Source: Okamejei kenojei
Taxonomy: Eukaryota
DNA length: 64,000 nt
Reading direction: 5' to 3'
NCBI GenBank assembly: GCA_035221665.1
Contig: CM069147.1
Coordinates: 25,606,001-25,670,000 of the forward strand
Shown piece after piece: positions 27,455 to 41,995 of this stretch. The notes beneath the pieces were generated by a model. It did not search any database. It saw only the letters and a list, made by a program, of their open reading frames with translations, and had not been told where the DNA came from. How positions within the stretch are numbered: the stretch's first letter is position 1; every line of letters begins with the position of its first letter. Both the position numbers and the translations under genes were made by a program.

Positions 27455-27745
27455 TTAGAGGTACAGTGTGGAAACGGGCCCTTTCGCGCACCAAGTCTGC
27501 ACCAACCAACAATCCCCATATATTAACACTGTCATACACACACTAAGGACAATTTACATTTAGACCAAGCCAATTAACCTACAAACCTGTACTGCTTTGG
27601 AGTGTGGGAGGAAACTAAAGATCTCGGAGAAAATTCACGTGGTCACAGGGAGAACGTACAAATTCCATATAGACAGCACCCGTAGTCAGAACGAACCCGA
27701 GTCTTTGGCGCTCTGTAAGGCAGCAACTCTACCATTGCGCTATCG
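27455..27745 (-). mobile_element. tRNA-derived V-SINE
   Basis: Reverse-complement orthologue of 40400-40690. Confidence 0.8.
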
Positions 27746-28249
27746 TGCCGACCCTGTCTACGATACCACCTCCATTAATGGCATCTGCAGACAATGTAAT
27801 CACGCCTTGTTTCTTCTCATCCAAATTGTTAATATGAAACAGAAACAGCAATGGACCCAGACCCGATCCATGAACACAGCAAGAGTCACAGGCTTCAATC
27901 TGGATGGGTTTTTTTTTAACTACTTCCTTCCATAAATCAGATGTTCTACCCATTAAGCTAGCTCTCGCGCCATCTAGCTTTCCAGTGTAACTTGGCATGC
28001 AGAACCTTCCGCATAAATATTATCCCCGGCCTTGCCATCTTCAACCTTCTAAGTTGCCTCTTCAAAACTCTTGATCATATGTGAGTCTATATCACCTTCG
28101 TAAATACACCAGGTTCAATGTCACTGATCAGCCATTGCTCATAAAGCTGCATTTATATCTTAACTCAGAATACTCTCCAGTAACATATCTGCCATAGATG
28201 TCAGGCACAGATCTATAATTCCTAGACTTTTCCTTTCATGAAAAACATG

Positions 28250-29330
28250 AAAATCTGGGAACTTGGGGGCAATCAATAGAAGTGTCTTGAGGGCAATCGG
28301 TAATATGATAGAGGTGTTCAACGTCCTAACGTGTAAAACGTAGAGAAATCCTCCGGGCCTGATCAGATTTATCCGAGGGCACCGCGGGAAGCTAGAGAAT
28401 AAATTGCAGGTGACCTGGCTGAGATATATGAGTCATAATTAATTATGGGCGAGGTGCCGGAAGATTGCAGGGTGGCAATTGTGTTGGTAGGAACTGGAGC
28501 TGCTGGTTTAAAGCGAAGATGGACACAAAATGCTGAAGTAAATCAGCCAGACAGACAGCATCTCTGGAGAGAAGGAATGAGTGACATTTTGGGTCGAGAC
28601 CCTTCTTCAGAGGGTTTGGAGTGGAGGGCTCTGAATAGTGGTGGGCCTCCAGGATCGGTGCTGGGCTTATTGTTATTTGTGGCTTACTGTATATCAACGA
28701 TTTGGATGAGAGCATACAAGGCCGGATTAGTAAGATTGCAGACGACTTAATTGTAGATGTATCGTAATATTGTAGATAGCGAAAATTGTTATCAAAGTTT
28801 ACAGCTGGATCTTGTTCAGTTGGGCAAGTGGGCTGATCAATGGTTGATGAGTGTAATGCAGATAAGTGTGAGGTTTTGTACTTTGGGAGGTCAATGTGGG
28901 CAGGACCTGTATAGTAAACGGCAAACGCCAGGGAGTTTGTAGAGCAGAGGGGTCGAGGTATGGTGGTACAGTACATGTTTCCTTGACATTGGTGTTAAAG
29001 TGGTTAAGAAGGCTTTCGGCATACAGGCCTTCATCAGTCGGGGTAATGAGTATAGAATTCGGGATGTTATGTTTCAGCTCTATAAGGAGCTGGGGCGCCG
29101 TTTTCCACATGATAGTGGGGATATGAAATGAACCGCCAGATGAGATAATTGAGGCTGAAACTACAACAACATTTAAAGGATATTTGAACAGGACATGGAT
29201 GGTTTTGGAGAGCAAACGCCGGCAGATGGGACTAATGAATATGAGACACCGTGATCGGCATGATGCATTCCAGCCCCTCTGCCAACATATCTCTGTGTAA
29301 AAGAGCTTGCCCCATACATCAATATTAAAA
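28250..29330 (+). mobile_element. Old decayed CR1 fragments with a nested Penelope-derived repeat (orthologue about 38800-39900, minus strand)
   Basis: Degenerate GEVPEDCRVA, GSVLGLLLF and LGKWADQW motifs. Confidence 0.7.
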
Positions 29331-32177
29331 TTCCCCACTCAGTTTATATCTATGCCCTCTAATGTTGGACATTCCCCACCCTAGGATAAAATTTGTGATA
29401 GACCATCCTATCTATGTCGGTCAGTTGGCCTTTAATCGACGTCACCATGTCCAATGTAAACGTGACCAACAACATCTGCTCACCATTTCATCTCCCCCAA
29501 TATCTAGATGGATCCTTACTTGCAGTTATCTTAAAACTTACGGATTTATGATCAGGGATCCCAAAATACACTTTTACTGAAACATCAAGTTCATTTTCCA
29601 AAGCAAGGTGTAACATGGTCCGCTTCGAGTTGCAATATGAACAGTCTGTTTCAAGAAACTACCTTGGATACACCAAGCTTGCTCTCTTTAGATCTTCTGC
29701 ACGAGAAAAGTCATTAGTCAATAATGGGGATTTGTCACCGATACCAGAAACCGATGTTTCCGACATCTTTCTCTAAATTCTCCCACATATCTTGTTTCTC
29801 TCTCATTCACCGGCTATATGGAAGCCGATGATATAACCCCATTAGAGTTGTTACACCTATCTTTATATTGTGTTCCACCCATTTTGCCTTAGTAGATGAG
29901 TCTGTGAGTGCTGCTGACATGTTCCTGATTTGTAATGTATTCCTGTATCTCTTGTACCCCCATCCCTATAATGTATGAAACATCAAAACTCATAAAGGTT
30001 GAGTTAGCAGTCTACGATCAAGTCAAGTCAAGAGAGTTCATTGCCATGTGTCCCAGATAGGACAATGCAATTCTTGCTTGCTGCAGCACAATAGAATATT
30101 GTAAGCAGTTCAGTTCAAAATACAGAACAGTTCAGTTTCAACATACACATTAATTATAAGCAGATAAAGTGCAATAGGCTGTTACAGTTTAGATTCTGGT
30201 TGTTGGCGAGTTTAATCGCCTGATGGCTGTGGGGAAGTAGCTGTTCCTGAACCTGGATGTAACAGATCTCAGGCTCCTGTACCTTCTGCCCGATGGTAGC
30301 GGAGAGATGAGTGCGTGCCAGGTGGTGAGTGTGTCCTTGATGCTCATCTGCTTTACCTGTAATACTCCTTGGAATAAACACATCTCAACCGATCTGTTTC
30401 AACGTGTTCTTTAGCCTCACTCAAAACACACTCCAGGGCATCATCTTATCATTTTTTTTTAACCTTATTCCTGTTACTCACATCCATTTCAGCCCAATGG
30501 GTTCATTACCACGATCTTGACCATTTGCTGTTCATGGGCTAACCTGTCTGCTCCACAAACCGCTCTCCCCCCCACCAACCCGTGGCTCACTCAACGCACC
30601 GTCGTGCATAAAGATCCTCTTAGTAAATACTCAAAGTAACAGCAGAGGACCACGCTCTACCTTCCAGGTTCAACGGCACACCGTCCGTTTTAGTATAGGT
30701 GCCCATTGTTCTGTAAGGATACCAATGATCCATATATTTTATGCTCTTCCACCTACACCAGGACCTTACGCCACAGTATTCCTTGGTATCTCTGTTATCC
30801 TTTCGGTACCGTTTTGTAATCCCGGATAGCGCAATACAGGTGGTCTTGGTTTTTTTCACCGACTACCGAACTCCTAATTTCTCTTTGCAGGCCCTCGTGT
30901 CCCTTTCTATAACTTGACATTTATACTACATGGACACGAGATAGCTTTCCACCTCACACCCTCCGTTCTAACAATGTTCCGTGCTTGAACACGTGAATCT
31001 GTAACATCAGACAATATAGTGAGGACAGAGCGTTCTTGTGTATCTCCTTGCAGCTAGCGAAACAACGCGAAAAAAGTTCATTCGTCAAAGAAGACAGAAT
31101 CTTCATTGCTAAATAAGATCTTGCGCCGAAGGGGCACATCGTGTCAGTAGTTTTAAATGGTTCGGTGGAGAATCGTAAAGCAGGGTGAACAACAGCGAAA
31201 CGCCGACGATAATATTCTGTTACTTCTCCTTATTGGAAATAATTATGATTGTTGAAGTGCCAGGGGTGGCCTCCGGGTTGCGGAGTGGGACTCGTCAGAT
31301 GTCGGTGTCGGTATAAAGGTATTCAACCATAAATTTTCAGAGGCCTACGTTAAATCGGAAAAAAATCCTACTTTTTAAACATGCTACACACTTTTCACCG
31401 AGAGATTGAGAAATCACATCTGTGGCAGCTCATTGGCGCGAACGACCAGAAACAAAACGTAAACAAAACGCCATTACAGGTCGATTTCCCTCCACCTGCT
31501 ACTGATGTGATATATTGTCTGGTTAATTTCTGGAATTCTAAAAGTTATTTCAATCATTCATTTATGGGGGGATATGATATTATAAATGAACTTAGCACAT
31601 TGCGAATATTCATGATTTACTGGCAAAATAGATCGTTAGTGATGTTATATTCCGTTCAACAGCAGTAAACACATGTCTTGGCAGAGCGTCCAAACAATTT
31701 GGTTTATTCGACAAGAAGCAGAACGCACTGAAAATTTCTACTTTCAGTGGGGATGTTGACACAATCTTAGTTGGTTTAAAAGGTTAAGTAAGGGGTTTGG
31801 GATAAATGAAGGGATTAAAAGGTTAGGGCCATTTAGGTAAACTAACAGTCAATAACGGCTAACCTAAACTAACGGGGGGGGGGGCGGGGGGCTGCGTCCC
31901 TTAGATCCGCACTTAATCCCTTATGAAACAGATTTCCTTGAAATTATGTTTACAGTTATTACCAATGAATGAGACAACTGAAAGTGTGTTACGTTATAGA
32001 TAAGATTAGAGAAGTACGTCAGTGTCTTCCGCCGGTATTTACTTACTTAACCTCGTTATTTTGTGATGTATATAAGATGTATCGCTATAATTCCCATTTA
32101 ATGCACTGGAGGATGAAATCACTAATAGTGTATTAATTCTATTTTTCTTTTTAACTGGAAAATAACATTCTGAGGAT

Positions 32178-32677
32178 NNNNNNNNNNNNNNNNNNNNNNN
32201 NNNNNNNNNNNNNNNNNNNNNNNNNNNNNNNNNNNNNNNNNNNNNNNNNNNNNNNNNNNNNNNNNNNNNNNNNNNNNNNNNNNNNNNNNNNNNNNNNNNN
32301 NNNNNNNNNNNNNNNNNNNNNNNNNNNNNNNNNNNNNNNNNNNNNNNNNNNNNNNNNNNNNNNNNNNNNNNNNNNNNNNNNNNNNNNNNNNNNNNNNNNN
32401 NNNNNNNNNNNNNNNNNNNNNNNNNNNNNNNNNNNNNNNNNNNNNNNNNNNNNNNNNNNNNNNNNNNNNNNNNNNNNNNNNNNNNNNNNNNNNNNNNNNN
32501 NNNNNNNNNNNNNNNNNNNNNNNNNNNNNNNNNNNNNNNNNNNNNNNNNNNNNNNNNNNNNNNNNNNNNNNNNNNNNNNNNNNNNNNNNNNNNNNNNNNN
32601 NNNNNNNNNNNNNNNNNNNNNNNNNNNNNNNNNNNNNNNNNNNNNNNNNNNNNNNNNNNNNNNNNNNNNNNNNNNNN
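32178..32677. other. Assembly/scaffold gap (500 N)
   Basis: Run of exactly 500 N. Confidence 1.
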
Positions 32678-33439
32678 TACATGCAGACAGCACCCGTCGT
32701 CAAGTTCGAGTTCTGCGTCTCTGGCGCGTGAGAGACGGCGGACTCGAACCATTAGTAAATAATATGTACAAATTGGAACATTCATGGCTAACGCGTTGTT
32801 TACAGTCGAAATATATTAGTCTCTGTATTTTCCTTTTATTTCCTTCAAAAAGATCCTATCAAATAACATCGTCGTTAGCCCCCTTGTCACGTTTAAAAAG
32901 TTGGATATTTTATCCGATTTACGTAGTCTGAAATTTATGTGGATTCCGAGCCGGACCTTTTTTAACCGACCGACTCCAGCACATCAAAATTGCTTCGACT
33001 CCGACTCCGACAACTCCCAACTCACGACTCCACACCCTATCAACAATGTAATTTAGTTAAATAAGCGAAGTATCAAATTTACCTATCCTCCCCGTTTCCC
33101 TGGTACCCGGATTGATTCTCTTTCGGCCTTTACTACTGTCGATGTTCAACCTGGCGCAAGATCTTTATTTACATTGAAGATTGTCTGCTTTCTTGTCGAT
33201 TATGAACTTAGTCACGGACTCGTGTTAAAGGTAATCGAGAATAAACAAAACAAATCTGGCAGGTATAATGAAGGTGCATCTATTCACTCATTATCTATAA
33301 GGGCCTAGTTCAATTCGCTATGGAAAACGTGTGAATTTAATTATATTTTGTTTAAAAATGAAATTTACTCATACTGATACTTAAATTGGCGGGGCTGATT
33401 CTTCAAATCTCGATGTTGCTAAATAAAGCCCTTATAGGA

Positions 33440-34310
33440 TTGTGTTAAATCTGGAACTTTCAGAAGGCTTTACGACAAGGTCCCACTAAGAGATTAGCAT
33501 ACAAACTTAACGCACACGTATTGGGGTTTCAGTATTGATGTGGATAAGAGTAACAGGCTGGCATCCATGAAGCAAGATAGAGTAAAACGTCATTTTCAGA
33601 ATGGCAGCAGTGACTATGGAGTACCGCAAGGCTCAGTGCTGGGACCCAGCAAATTTATAATAGATGATATTTAATGCTTTTTTAATCTGGATGAGGAATT
33701 GAATAACATCTCCAAGTTTGCGATGACACGATGCTAGGGGGGCAGTGTATAGCTGTGGGAGGATGCTAGAAGGCTGCAAGTGACTTGGATATGATGGGAT
33801 AGTGGGCAAATAGAGTCATGGCAGATGCAGTAATTGTGGTAATTGTGAGGTATCACTTTGGCGCAAAAACAGGAGGTAACTATTAACTGATTGGTGGCCG
33901 ATTAGGAAAAAGGGAGATCTTATAGAGACTTACAGAATTCCTTAAGGGGTTTGAGAGGCTAGATTCAGGAAGATAGTATCCCGATGTATGGGAGCTCCAA
34001 AATAAGGGGTCACAGTTTAAGGAATAAGGGGGAAGTCTTTAGGACCGAGATGATAAGATCTTTTTTCACACAGGAGAGTGGCGATTCTATGGCATTCTCT
34101 GCACAGAAGTGTAGTTGAAGGGCAGTTCATTGGCTAATATTTAAGAAGAGGTTAGATGTGGCCCTGTGGCCTAAAGGGATCAGGGGTATTATGATAGAAG
34201 GCAGGTACAGGATACTGATTTGGATGATCAGCCCATATCATAATTGAATGGCGGTGCAAGCTCGAAGGGCCGAAGGACTACTCCCCTGCACCTCTTTTCT
34301 ATGAATTCTA
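33440..34310 (+). mobile_element. CR1 ORF2 3' fragment in low-quality sequence beside the gap
   Basis: Recognisable CR1 RT/3' UTR with dense 1-nt indels. Confidence 0.8.
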
Positions 34311-36327
34311 GATTCAATATCATAACCTTGTCCCCAATCTAGCTACGTAATTTCAACCTATTAATGTGTTCGCTTTCAATGCCACCTGAAACATACTAGT
34401 GATTGGGGTGAGCTACCCATGAACACAAAATTAAACTATGTCTTGTAAAAAAACATAGGAGATGAGTACTTGCATACAAAATCCGCAGAGGAAACACGAA
34501 CTAAAGCGAGATGAGTTGAAAGAAATCGGCAATGAATTTTCTGATCAGAAAGGAAAGAATGCATCAATCATGTGGCTCTACATCTGCTAGAATGATCTAC
34601 TTTATGTGCAATCACAGAACATTTACGTGCTTACTTGCAGGGGCTTTGAAGAATTGAAACTAAAGACGTGGCTCAAACCGGAACAGGTTAGGAAATAATT
34701 AGACCTCACGAAAGTAAAAGAATGTCGGCAACGTAATCAATCATTCATTCAAATGTCCTTATTTTATTACACTCCGTCTGAAACGATTAAATGAACAGGT
34801 CTTCACTACCGGATGCATGTAAATCTAAATTACAGACCTTACACGAACTGAAGCGGACCCCCCGAGTACAATTTTTGCCTCATTTTAGGAAGGTTTATAT
34901 TTAAGATTAAAAGGACCACAGGCTCGCATATTAACGGCAATATTATATTCGAGTTAGTAAATGTAAAGCAAATAACTGCATTGTTCATATTTATCTTCAA
35001 ATTAATGTTCCAGGTTGAACAAACAAATCGTGTGGTTAATGGTATGCAGTATTTTGTTGAATAAAGCTTTACAACTAATTCGATTACGAGCTCATATTGG
35101 TTGCACGGTTATTCTTCACAATTGTAATGTTAACTGGATGCAACAAAGTGAGTTTTAACTGTCCACAAATTCGAATTGCAATTCGGAATGCTGTGAAGCC
35201 GCATTTAAAATGATCGCATTTTAACAAAGGTATTTAATTAGAATAATTAACTTAATTACATTGATTAAATTAACCTACTTACATTAACATCCATTATGCA
35301 TATATTGCCGTTTGGCGTTCATGGATTGAACAAGTCTGCTTTGGTATGAACTGGACTGTTGTTTCTGTACGTAGAACTGTATAATTCCGTCCGTTTTCCA
35401 TGCACTGTCACAAAAATAATACCTGGGTCGCAGTTTGTTTGGGTCCAACGACTACGTGCGTCAAGCAAGTTATACATTAATACCAGTTTAATCCATATAA
35501 AGTCACTCTCCCGTTCCATCACCCACAAACACTACGCGACATCTTATCCAATTATCCTATCGACTCATTTTTTCGATATATGTGAATTATCGGAGCACGT
35601 GGTTAGTACTGGTGTCAGAGATTAGTTCTTGATTAGTACAGGTGTCAGAGGTTATGGGGAGAAAGCAGAAGAATGGGAATAAGAGGAACGGGTACATAAG
35701 CCATGATTGAATGGCAGAGTGTACTTAATGGGCCATTTGGCCTGATTGTTGTCCTATCGCTTATGACCTCATGACGTGGTCAACTGGAGAACGGGAAAAA
35801 ACCCCTCGGGCGGCTAGATTCAACCCGGGGCTTCTAGAGTTGAGGTAACACATCTGTAAGCTGCACGCTTCTCCCATCTTACTACATCTCCGTGTCAATT
35901 TAAAACAGTAATCATAACGCTTCGTCATTTACATCAGTTGGTGACTACGTGATAGACGGGAGATATCTTTGAACGTCTGAAATTAGTGAAGCGATTGATT
36001 CATTTCCGCGAGGGAGAGATAGGCTGAATGTTAACTCATTCAGCGTATTTCTGAGCAAATATTTGTGATTCAGAGAAGAAGTAAAAAGTATGAAAACATC
36101 TTGTTTATCTAAGTGTTGAATGAACGTCACTGTTAAATTAGATCAAATGAAATAGTGACAGTCGACTCCAGTCAATGGTTTCACTGGCAGCAAGAGATAC
36201 TCAATAATGCTCTGTCCTCACTATATTGCCTGATGTTACGGATGTCACGTCGTAAACACAGAACATTGTGAGACGGGAGGGCGAGAAGCCATATCTCGTG
36301 GTCCATATTAGTATCAATTCCATATAA

Positions 36328-36715
36328 CGAAACATAGAAACATAGAAAATAAGTGCAGGAGGAGGCCATTCGGCCATTCGAGCCAGCACGGCCATTCATT
36401 GTGATAATGGCTGATCTTTCCCAATCAATAACCCGTACCTGCGTTCTCCCCATATCCCTTGATTCACTAGCCCCATAGAGCTCTATCCTAACTCTCTCTG
36501 AAAATACATCCCAGTGACTTGGCCTCCACTGCCCACTGCGGCAGGAAATTCCACAAATTCATAACTCTCTGGGAGAAAACGTTTTTCATCACCTAAGTCT
36601 TAAATGGCTTCCCCCTTTATTCTAAGACTGTGGGCCCCCCTGGTTCTGGACTCGCCCAAACATTGGGACCATTTTTCCTGCATCTAGCTTGTCCGGTCCT
36701 TTTATAATTTTTATG
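36328..36715 (-). mobile_element. CR1 3' fragment
   Basis: (CATAGAAA)n tail plus CR1 3' UTR. Confidence 0.8.
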
Positions 36716-39700
36716 TTTCTAAATAAAAGGGACACGAGGGCATGCAAAGAGAATTTAGGGAGTTCGGTATTCGGTGAAAAAAATACACCTCCAGGATTGC
36801 TATCTCGGGATTACAAAACGGTACCGAAAGGAAATAGCAGAATAATCCAAGTGAATACGTGGCTAAGACCTTGGTGTGGGGAGAAGTGCATAAAATATAT
36901 GGTTTTCTTACAGGACAAATGGGACGTATATAAAACAGACGGGTTGCAATTGAACTGTGAGGTAGAGGCGGTGTCCTTGCAGTTACTTGTGTTACATGGG
37001 AGGATTTATGCACGAGGGGTGGGGTGGAGTGAGCACGGAGGGCGCGGGGGGAGGGGGGGGCGTGGGAACAACAGGTCAACCCATGGAACAGCTAGTGGCA
37101 AGATCGGGGTTATGACTCATTCGTCTGAAATGGAGGTGAGACAGAAAAAGGTTAATAAAACATGTCAAGATGGATGATCTGAAGTGTGACAAAAATGCTG
37201 GAGAAACTCAGCGGGCGAGGCAGCATCTATGGAGCGAAGGAAATAGGCAACGTTTCGGGCCGAACCCCTTATTCAGACGTGTGTTTTGTAATATGGAGTG
37301 TGTTTTGACTGAGGCTACGGAACACGTTGAAACAGATCGGTTGAGGTGTTTATTCTAAGGAATAGTACAGTTAAAGCGGATGATCGAAGACTGCTAACTC
37401 AACATTTATGAGTTTTGACGCTTCATACATTATAGGGATGGGGTACAAGAGATACAGGATGTGCATTACAAATCAGGAAAATGTCAGCGGCACACACATG
37501 CTCATCTACTGAGGCAATAGGGTTGTAACACAATATAAAGAGAGGTGTAACAACTCTGATGGGATTATACCATATAGTCGGTGAATGACAAAGAAACAGG
37601 TATGTGGGGAGATTAGAGAAAGATGTCAAAACAACAAGTTTCCGGTATCGGTGACAAATCCCTATTATTGACTGTGACTTCCTCCGTGCCGAAGATATAA
37701 CGAGAGAAAGCTTGGTTAGGTGTATCCAAGGCCGTTTCTTGAAACAGTCTGTGGATATTCCAACTCGAAACCGGAACATGTTACACCTTGCTTTGGGAAA
37801 TGAACTTGATGTTTCAGTAGAAGAGCAATTTGGGATCCCTGATCATAAATCCATAGGTTTTAAGATAGCTACGGATAAGGGTCCATCTAGTATTGGGGAG
37901 ATGAAATGGTGAGCAGATGTTGTTGGGTATATTTACATTGGACATGGTGGTGGAGTCGATTTAAGGCCAACTGATCAGAAATCAGGACCAGTATATGCCA
38001 GTAAGGAGGAGGAATAATGTTGTATAGGCGAGGGAAGATTGGATGACCTGAGATATTGTAAATTAGGTGAAAATATGCTGGTGCACTTTGAGAACAAGAA
38101 AGAGGCGTTGTGGGTTCTCTTCAAAAGCCTTAAGGTGCATAAATTCCAAGGGCCCGGTGGAATCTGCCCCCTTTTCTTGAGGGAGGCAAGGGAGGAGATG
38201 TGATTGCAGCGCCTTTGATGAGAACTTTGGTATCCACTTAAGCCATAATCGATTTCCCGGATGACTGAAGAGTAGCGAATGTTGCCCTTTTCTTTCTGAA
38301 GGAAAGAAGTAATCAAGGAAATGACAAGCTATTGAGGTTCATGTCAGTCATCGGGAATCTAATGGAGCTCACGTCTCATTTAATTTAATGTAACGATGAA
38401 GGTGATTTATGTGGATTGGGTAGTGACATTTGTCTGCATGGATTCCAGCAAACCATTTCGAGAAATTCCGTAATTGAATGCTAATCGAGAAGATTTCAAT
38501 TTGAGGGACACATGGTGATTTGTTACTTTGGATTGATTAGCTGCAGTTAGTTTTACGCACAGTTCTGGTTGCCCCATTACAGGAATGATGTGGATGCAGA
38601 GGAGGTTTACCAGAACGTTGCCTGGATTAGAGAGTTTCTGCTACAAAGAGAGGTTGGATAAACCTAGATTATTTTCTCTGGAACGTCAGAGGCTCAGGGG
38701 ACAATAGATACAATTATTTTGTTTTAATATGATGCGCATAGATAGGGTAGTCTGTCACAAATTTTATCCTAGGGTGGGGAATGTCCAACATTATAGGGCA
38801 TAGATATAAATTGAGTAGGGGACGTTTAATATTGATGTATGCGGCAAGCTCTTTACACAGAGATATGTTGGCAGAGGGGCTGGAATGCATCGTGCTGATC
38901 ACGGTGTGCATTCATCCCATCTGCCCACGTTTGGTCTCCAAAACCATCCATGTCCTGTTCAAATGTCCTTTAAATGTTGTTGCAGTTTCAGGCTCAATAA
39001 TCTCATCTGGCAGTTCATTTCATATCCCCACTATCATGTGGAAAACGGCTCCCCAGCTCCTTATACAGCTGTAACATAGCATCCCAAATTCTAAACTTAT
39101 TACCCCTGACTGATGAAGGCCTGTGTGCCGAAAGCCTTCTTAAATACCCTGTCTACCTGTGATACCGCTCTCAAGGAACTATGTAATTAACCAGCACACC
39201 TTGACCCCTCTGCTCTACAAGCTCCCTGGCGATATGTCGTTTACTATTGATGTCCTGCCCACATATGACTTCCCAAAATATAAAACCTCATACTTATCTG
39301 CATTACACTCATTGACCATTCATCAGCCCACTTGCCCAACTGAACAAAATACTGCTGTAGCCTTTGAATACCATTTTCGCTATCTACAATATTACCCAAT
39401 TAACAGTCGTCTGCAATCTTGCTAATCCGGCCTTGTATGTTCTCATCCAAATCGTTGATATACAGCAAGCCACAAACAGCAATAGACCCAGCACCGATCT
39501 TGGAGCACACCACTGTTCAGAGCCCTCCATCGAAACCATCTGAAGAAGGGTCTGGACCCATAACGTCACATTCCTTCTCTCCAGAGATGCTGTCGGTCCC
39601 GCTGATTTACTTCAGCATTTTGTGTCCATCTTCGCATTAAACCAGCAGCTACGAACACAATTGCCACCCTGCAATCTTCCGGTGTCTCACCCATAGTTAA

Positions 39701-40399
39701 TGATGACTCGTATATCTCAGCCAGGTCACCTGCAATTTGTTCTCTAGCTTCCCGCAGTGCCCTCGGATAAATCTGATCAGGCCCGGAGGATTTCGCTACC
39801 TTTTACACGTTGGGACGTTGAGCACCTCTATCGTAATACCGATTGCCCTCAGGACACTTCCATTGATTGCTCCCAAGTTCCCAGATCTTCATGTTTTTCA
39901 TGCAAGGAAAAGCCTAGGAACTATAGATCTGTGCCTGACATCTATGGCAGATATGTTACTGGAGAGTATTCTGAGTTAAGATATATATGCAGCTTTATGA
40001 GCAATGGCTGATCAGTGACATTGAACCTGGTGTATTTACGAAGGTGATATAACCTCACATATGATCACGAGTTTAGAAGAAGCAACTTAGAAAGTTGAAG
40101 ATCTAAATCAGAGGCCAGATATAATGTTCATATGGAAGGTTCTGCATGCCAAGTTACCCTGGAAAGCTACATGGCGTGAGAGCTAGTTTAATGGGTAGAA
40201 AATCTGATTTATGGAAGGAAGTTGTTTAAAAAATATTTTAAAATTCAGACTGAAGGCTGTGACTCTTGCTGTGTTCATGGATCGCGGCTGGGTCCTTTGC
40301 AATTTGTGTTTTATATCAACAATTTGGATGAGAATAAATAAGGCATGATTACAATATCTGCAGATGCTATTAATGGAGGTGGTATCGTAGACAGTGTCG

Positions 40400-40690
40400 A
40401 CACGGCAGCGCAGTGGTAGAATTGCTGCCTGACAGCGCCAAAGACTCTGGTTCGATTCTGACTACGGGTGCTGTGTGTGTGGAATTCCCTGTGACCACGT
40501 GAATTTTCTCCGAGAACTTTAGTTTCCCCCCACACTCCAAAGCAGTACAGGTTTGTAGGTTAATAGATTTGGTCTAAATGTAAATTGTCCTTAGTGTGTG
40601 TACGACAGTGTTAATGTATGGGGATTGCTGGTTTGTGCAGACTTGGTGGGCAAAAGGGCCCGTTTCCACACGGTACCTCTAAACTCTAAA
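40400..40690 (+). mobile_element. tRNA-derived V-SINE (orthologue at 27455-27745, minus strand)
   Basis: CACGGCAGCGCAGTGGTAGA...GGTTCGATTC B box, V-domain block; interrupts an old CR1. Confidence 0.8.
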
Positions 40691-40694
40691 AAGT

Positions 40695-41066
40695 AGAAGC
40701 CGGCTGCGATGCTAGTTGAAGGTCGTTGCCGGAGGTTGCAGGTAGTGGAAGGTAAGACCTTTTTTTCACCCAGTTTTATTCCACCAGGGAGGTCTTACCT
40801 TCCACTACCTGCAACCTCCAGCAACCACCAACTAGCATCGCAACCGGCTTTGACGAAAATATTACCGATTTTTAAAACGGCAACCTATTTTTAGTCGCGA
40901 CCGGTTTTTATTTTTTTTTAATAATCGCCGGAACACAGAAGAGGCGGAAACCACTTTCGACCATTAGGGGGACTGACAAAAACTTCCGGGAACCGCTCGG
41001 AAACATTGGGTGGGGCGCAAAGTCTCCAGAGGTTTCCGTTCAGGTTTCAGTGGGACAGGGGCATTA
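40695..41066. mobile_element. Partial MITE (PIF/Harbinger-like terminus) with an internal about 60-bp hairpin
   Basis: 40698-40760 is inverted to 40790-40849. Ends AGTGGGACAGGGGCATTA. A second copy lies at 63520-63840. Confidence 0.6.
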
Positions 41067-41564
41067 AAGTGCAGCCTGGGGAGCAAACGGTTCGACGAAC
41101 GTTCGGCCTGCTTCTGCTGCCGTTGGAGGTGAGACGTTGCGTTGGCCTGGGGCTCACGGCCGTTACGTTCCGGATCCGCCCCCACTTCTAGTCCCAGAGC
41201 AAGGCCAAGAAAATTGAAGATAGACACAAAATGCAGGAGTAACTCAGCGGGACCGGCAACATCTCTGGAGAGAAGGAATGGATGACGTTTCGGGTCAAGA
41301 CCCTTCTTTCAGACTGAAGGGGGGTCTCGACCCGAAACATCATTCATTTCTTCACTCCAGAGATGCTGCCGGTTACGCTGAGTTACTCCTACATTTTGTG
41401 TCCATCTTCAAATGACGTCACGCGATCCAGACGGCTGTGCGTACGCATCAAGTCTCGCGCGACCTTCGCAGGACTGCCGCGCATCAACGCGACCACGAGG
41501 TCGCGTAATTAGCGTGCCAAGGACACGTAAGTGGGACTGGGACTTAACTTACCACTTGCTTGTC

Positions 41565-41995
41565 ATAGAATCGTAGAATCATAGAAAATAGGTGCAGGAG
41601 TATGCCATTCGGCCATTCGAGCCTGCACCGCTATTCAATATGATCATGGCTGATCATCCAACTCAGTATCTTGTACCTGCTTTCTCTCCATACCCCCTGA
41701 TCCCTTTAGCCACAAGGGCCACATCTAAATCCCTCTTAACTATAGCCAATGAACTGGACTCAACTACCTTCTGTGGCAGAGAATTCCACAGAATCACCAC
41801 TCTCTGTGTGAAAAAAGATCTTCTCATCTCGGTCCAAAAAGACTTCCCCTTATCCTTAAACTGTGACCGCTTGTTCTGGAGTTCCCCAACATCGGGAACA
41901 ATCTTCCTGCATCTAGCCTGTCCAACCCCTTAACAATTTTGTACGTATCTATAAGATCCCCACTCAATCTCCTAAATTCCAGCGTGTACAAGCCG
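41565..41995 (-). mobile_element. CR1 3' fragment, right arm only
   Basis: (CATAGAAT)n tail plus similarity to 8565-8965. Empty site near 26305. Confidence 0.85.

Larger units (their letters stand above)
1..31400. repeat. Left arm of large inverted segmental duplication
   Basis: Colinear reverse-complement matches: 1-60 with 60945-61003; 2400-2900 with 58120-58640; 17100-21400 with 45250-52780; 24200-25000 with 43530-44930; 27460-30010 with 37390-40690; 30920-31050 with 36190-36320; 31075-31160 with 33130-33210. Inner boundary approximate; the arm may extend beyond the window start. Confidence 0.92.

Noticed and set aside
32039-32785. Long poly-X ORFs
   Set aside because: Artefacts of translating the N gap.
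39110-39140. CTGATGA-AGGC...GCC-GAAA hammerhead-like string (also about 29010-29038, minus strand)
   Set aside because: It is the antisense of CR1 ORF2 coding sequence (KAFG..AFIS) and lacks convincing helix I/III; likely coincidental.
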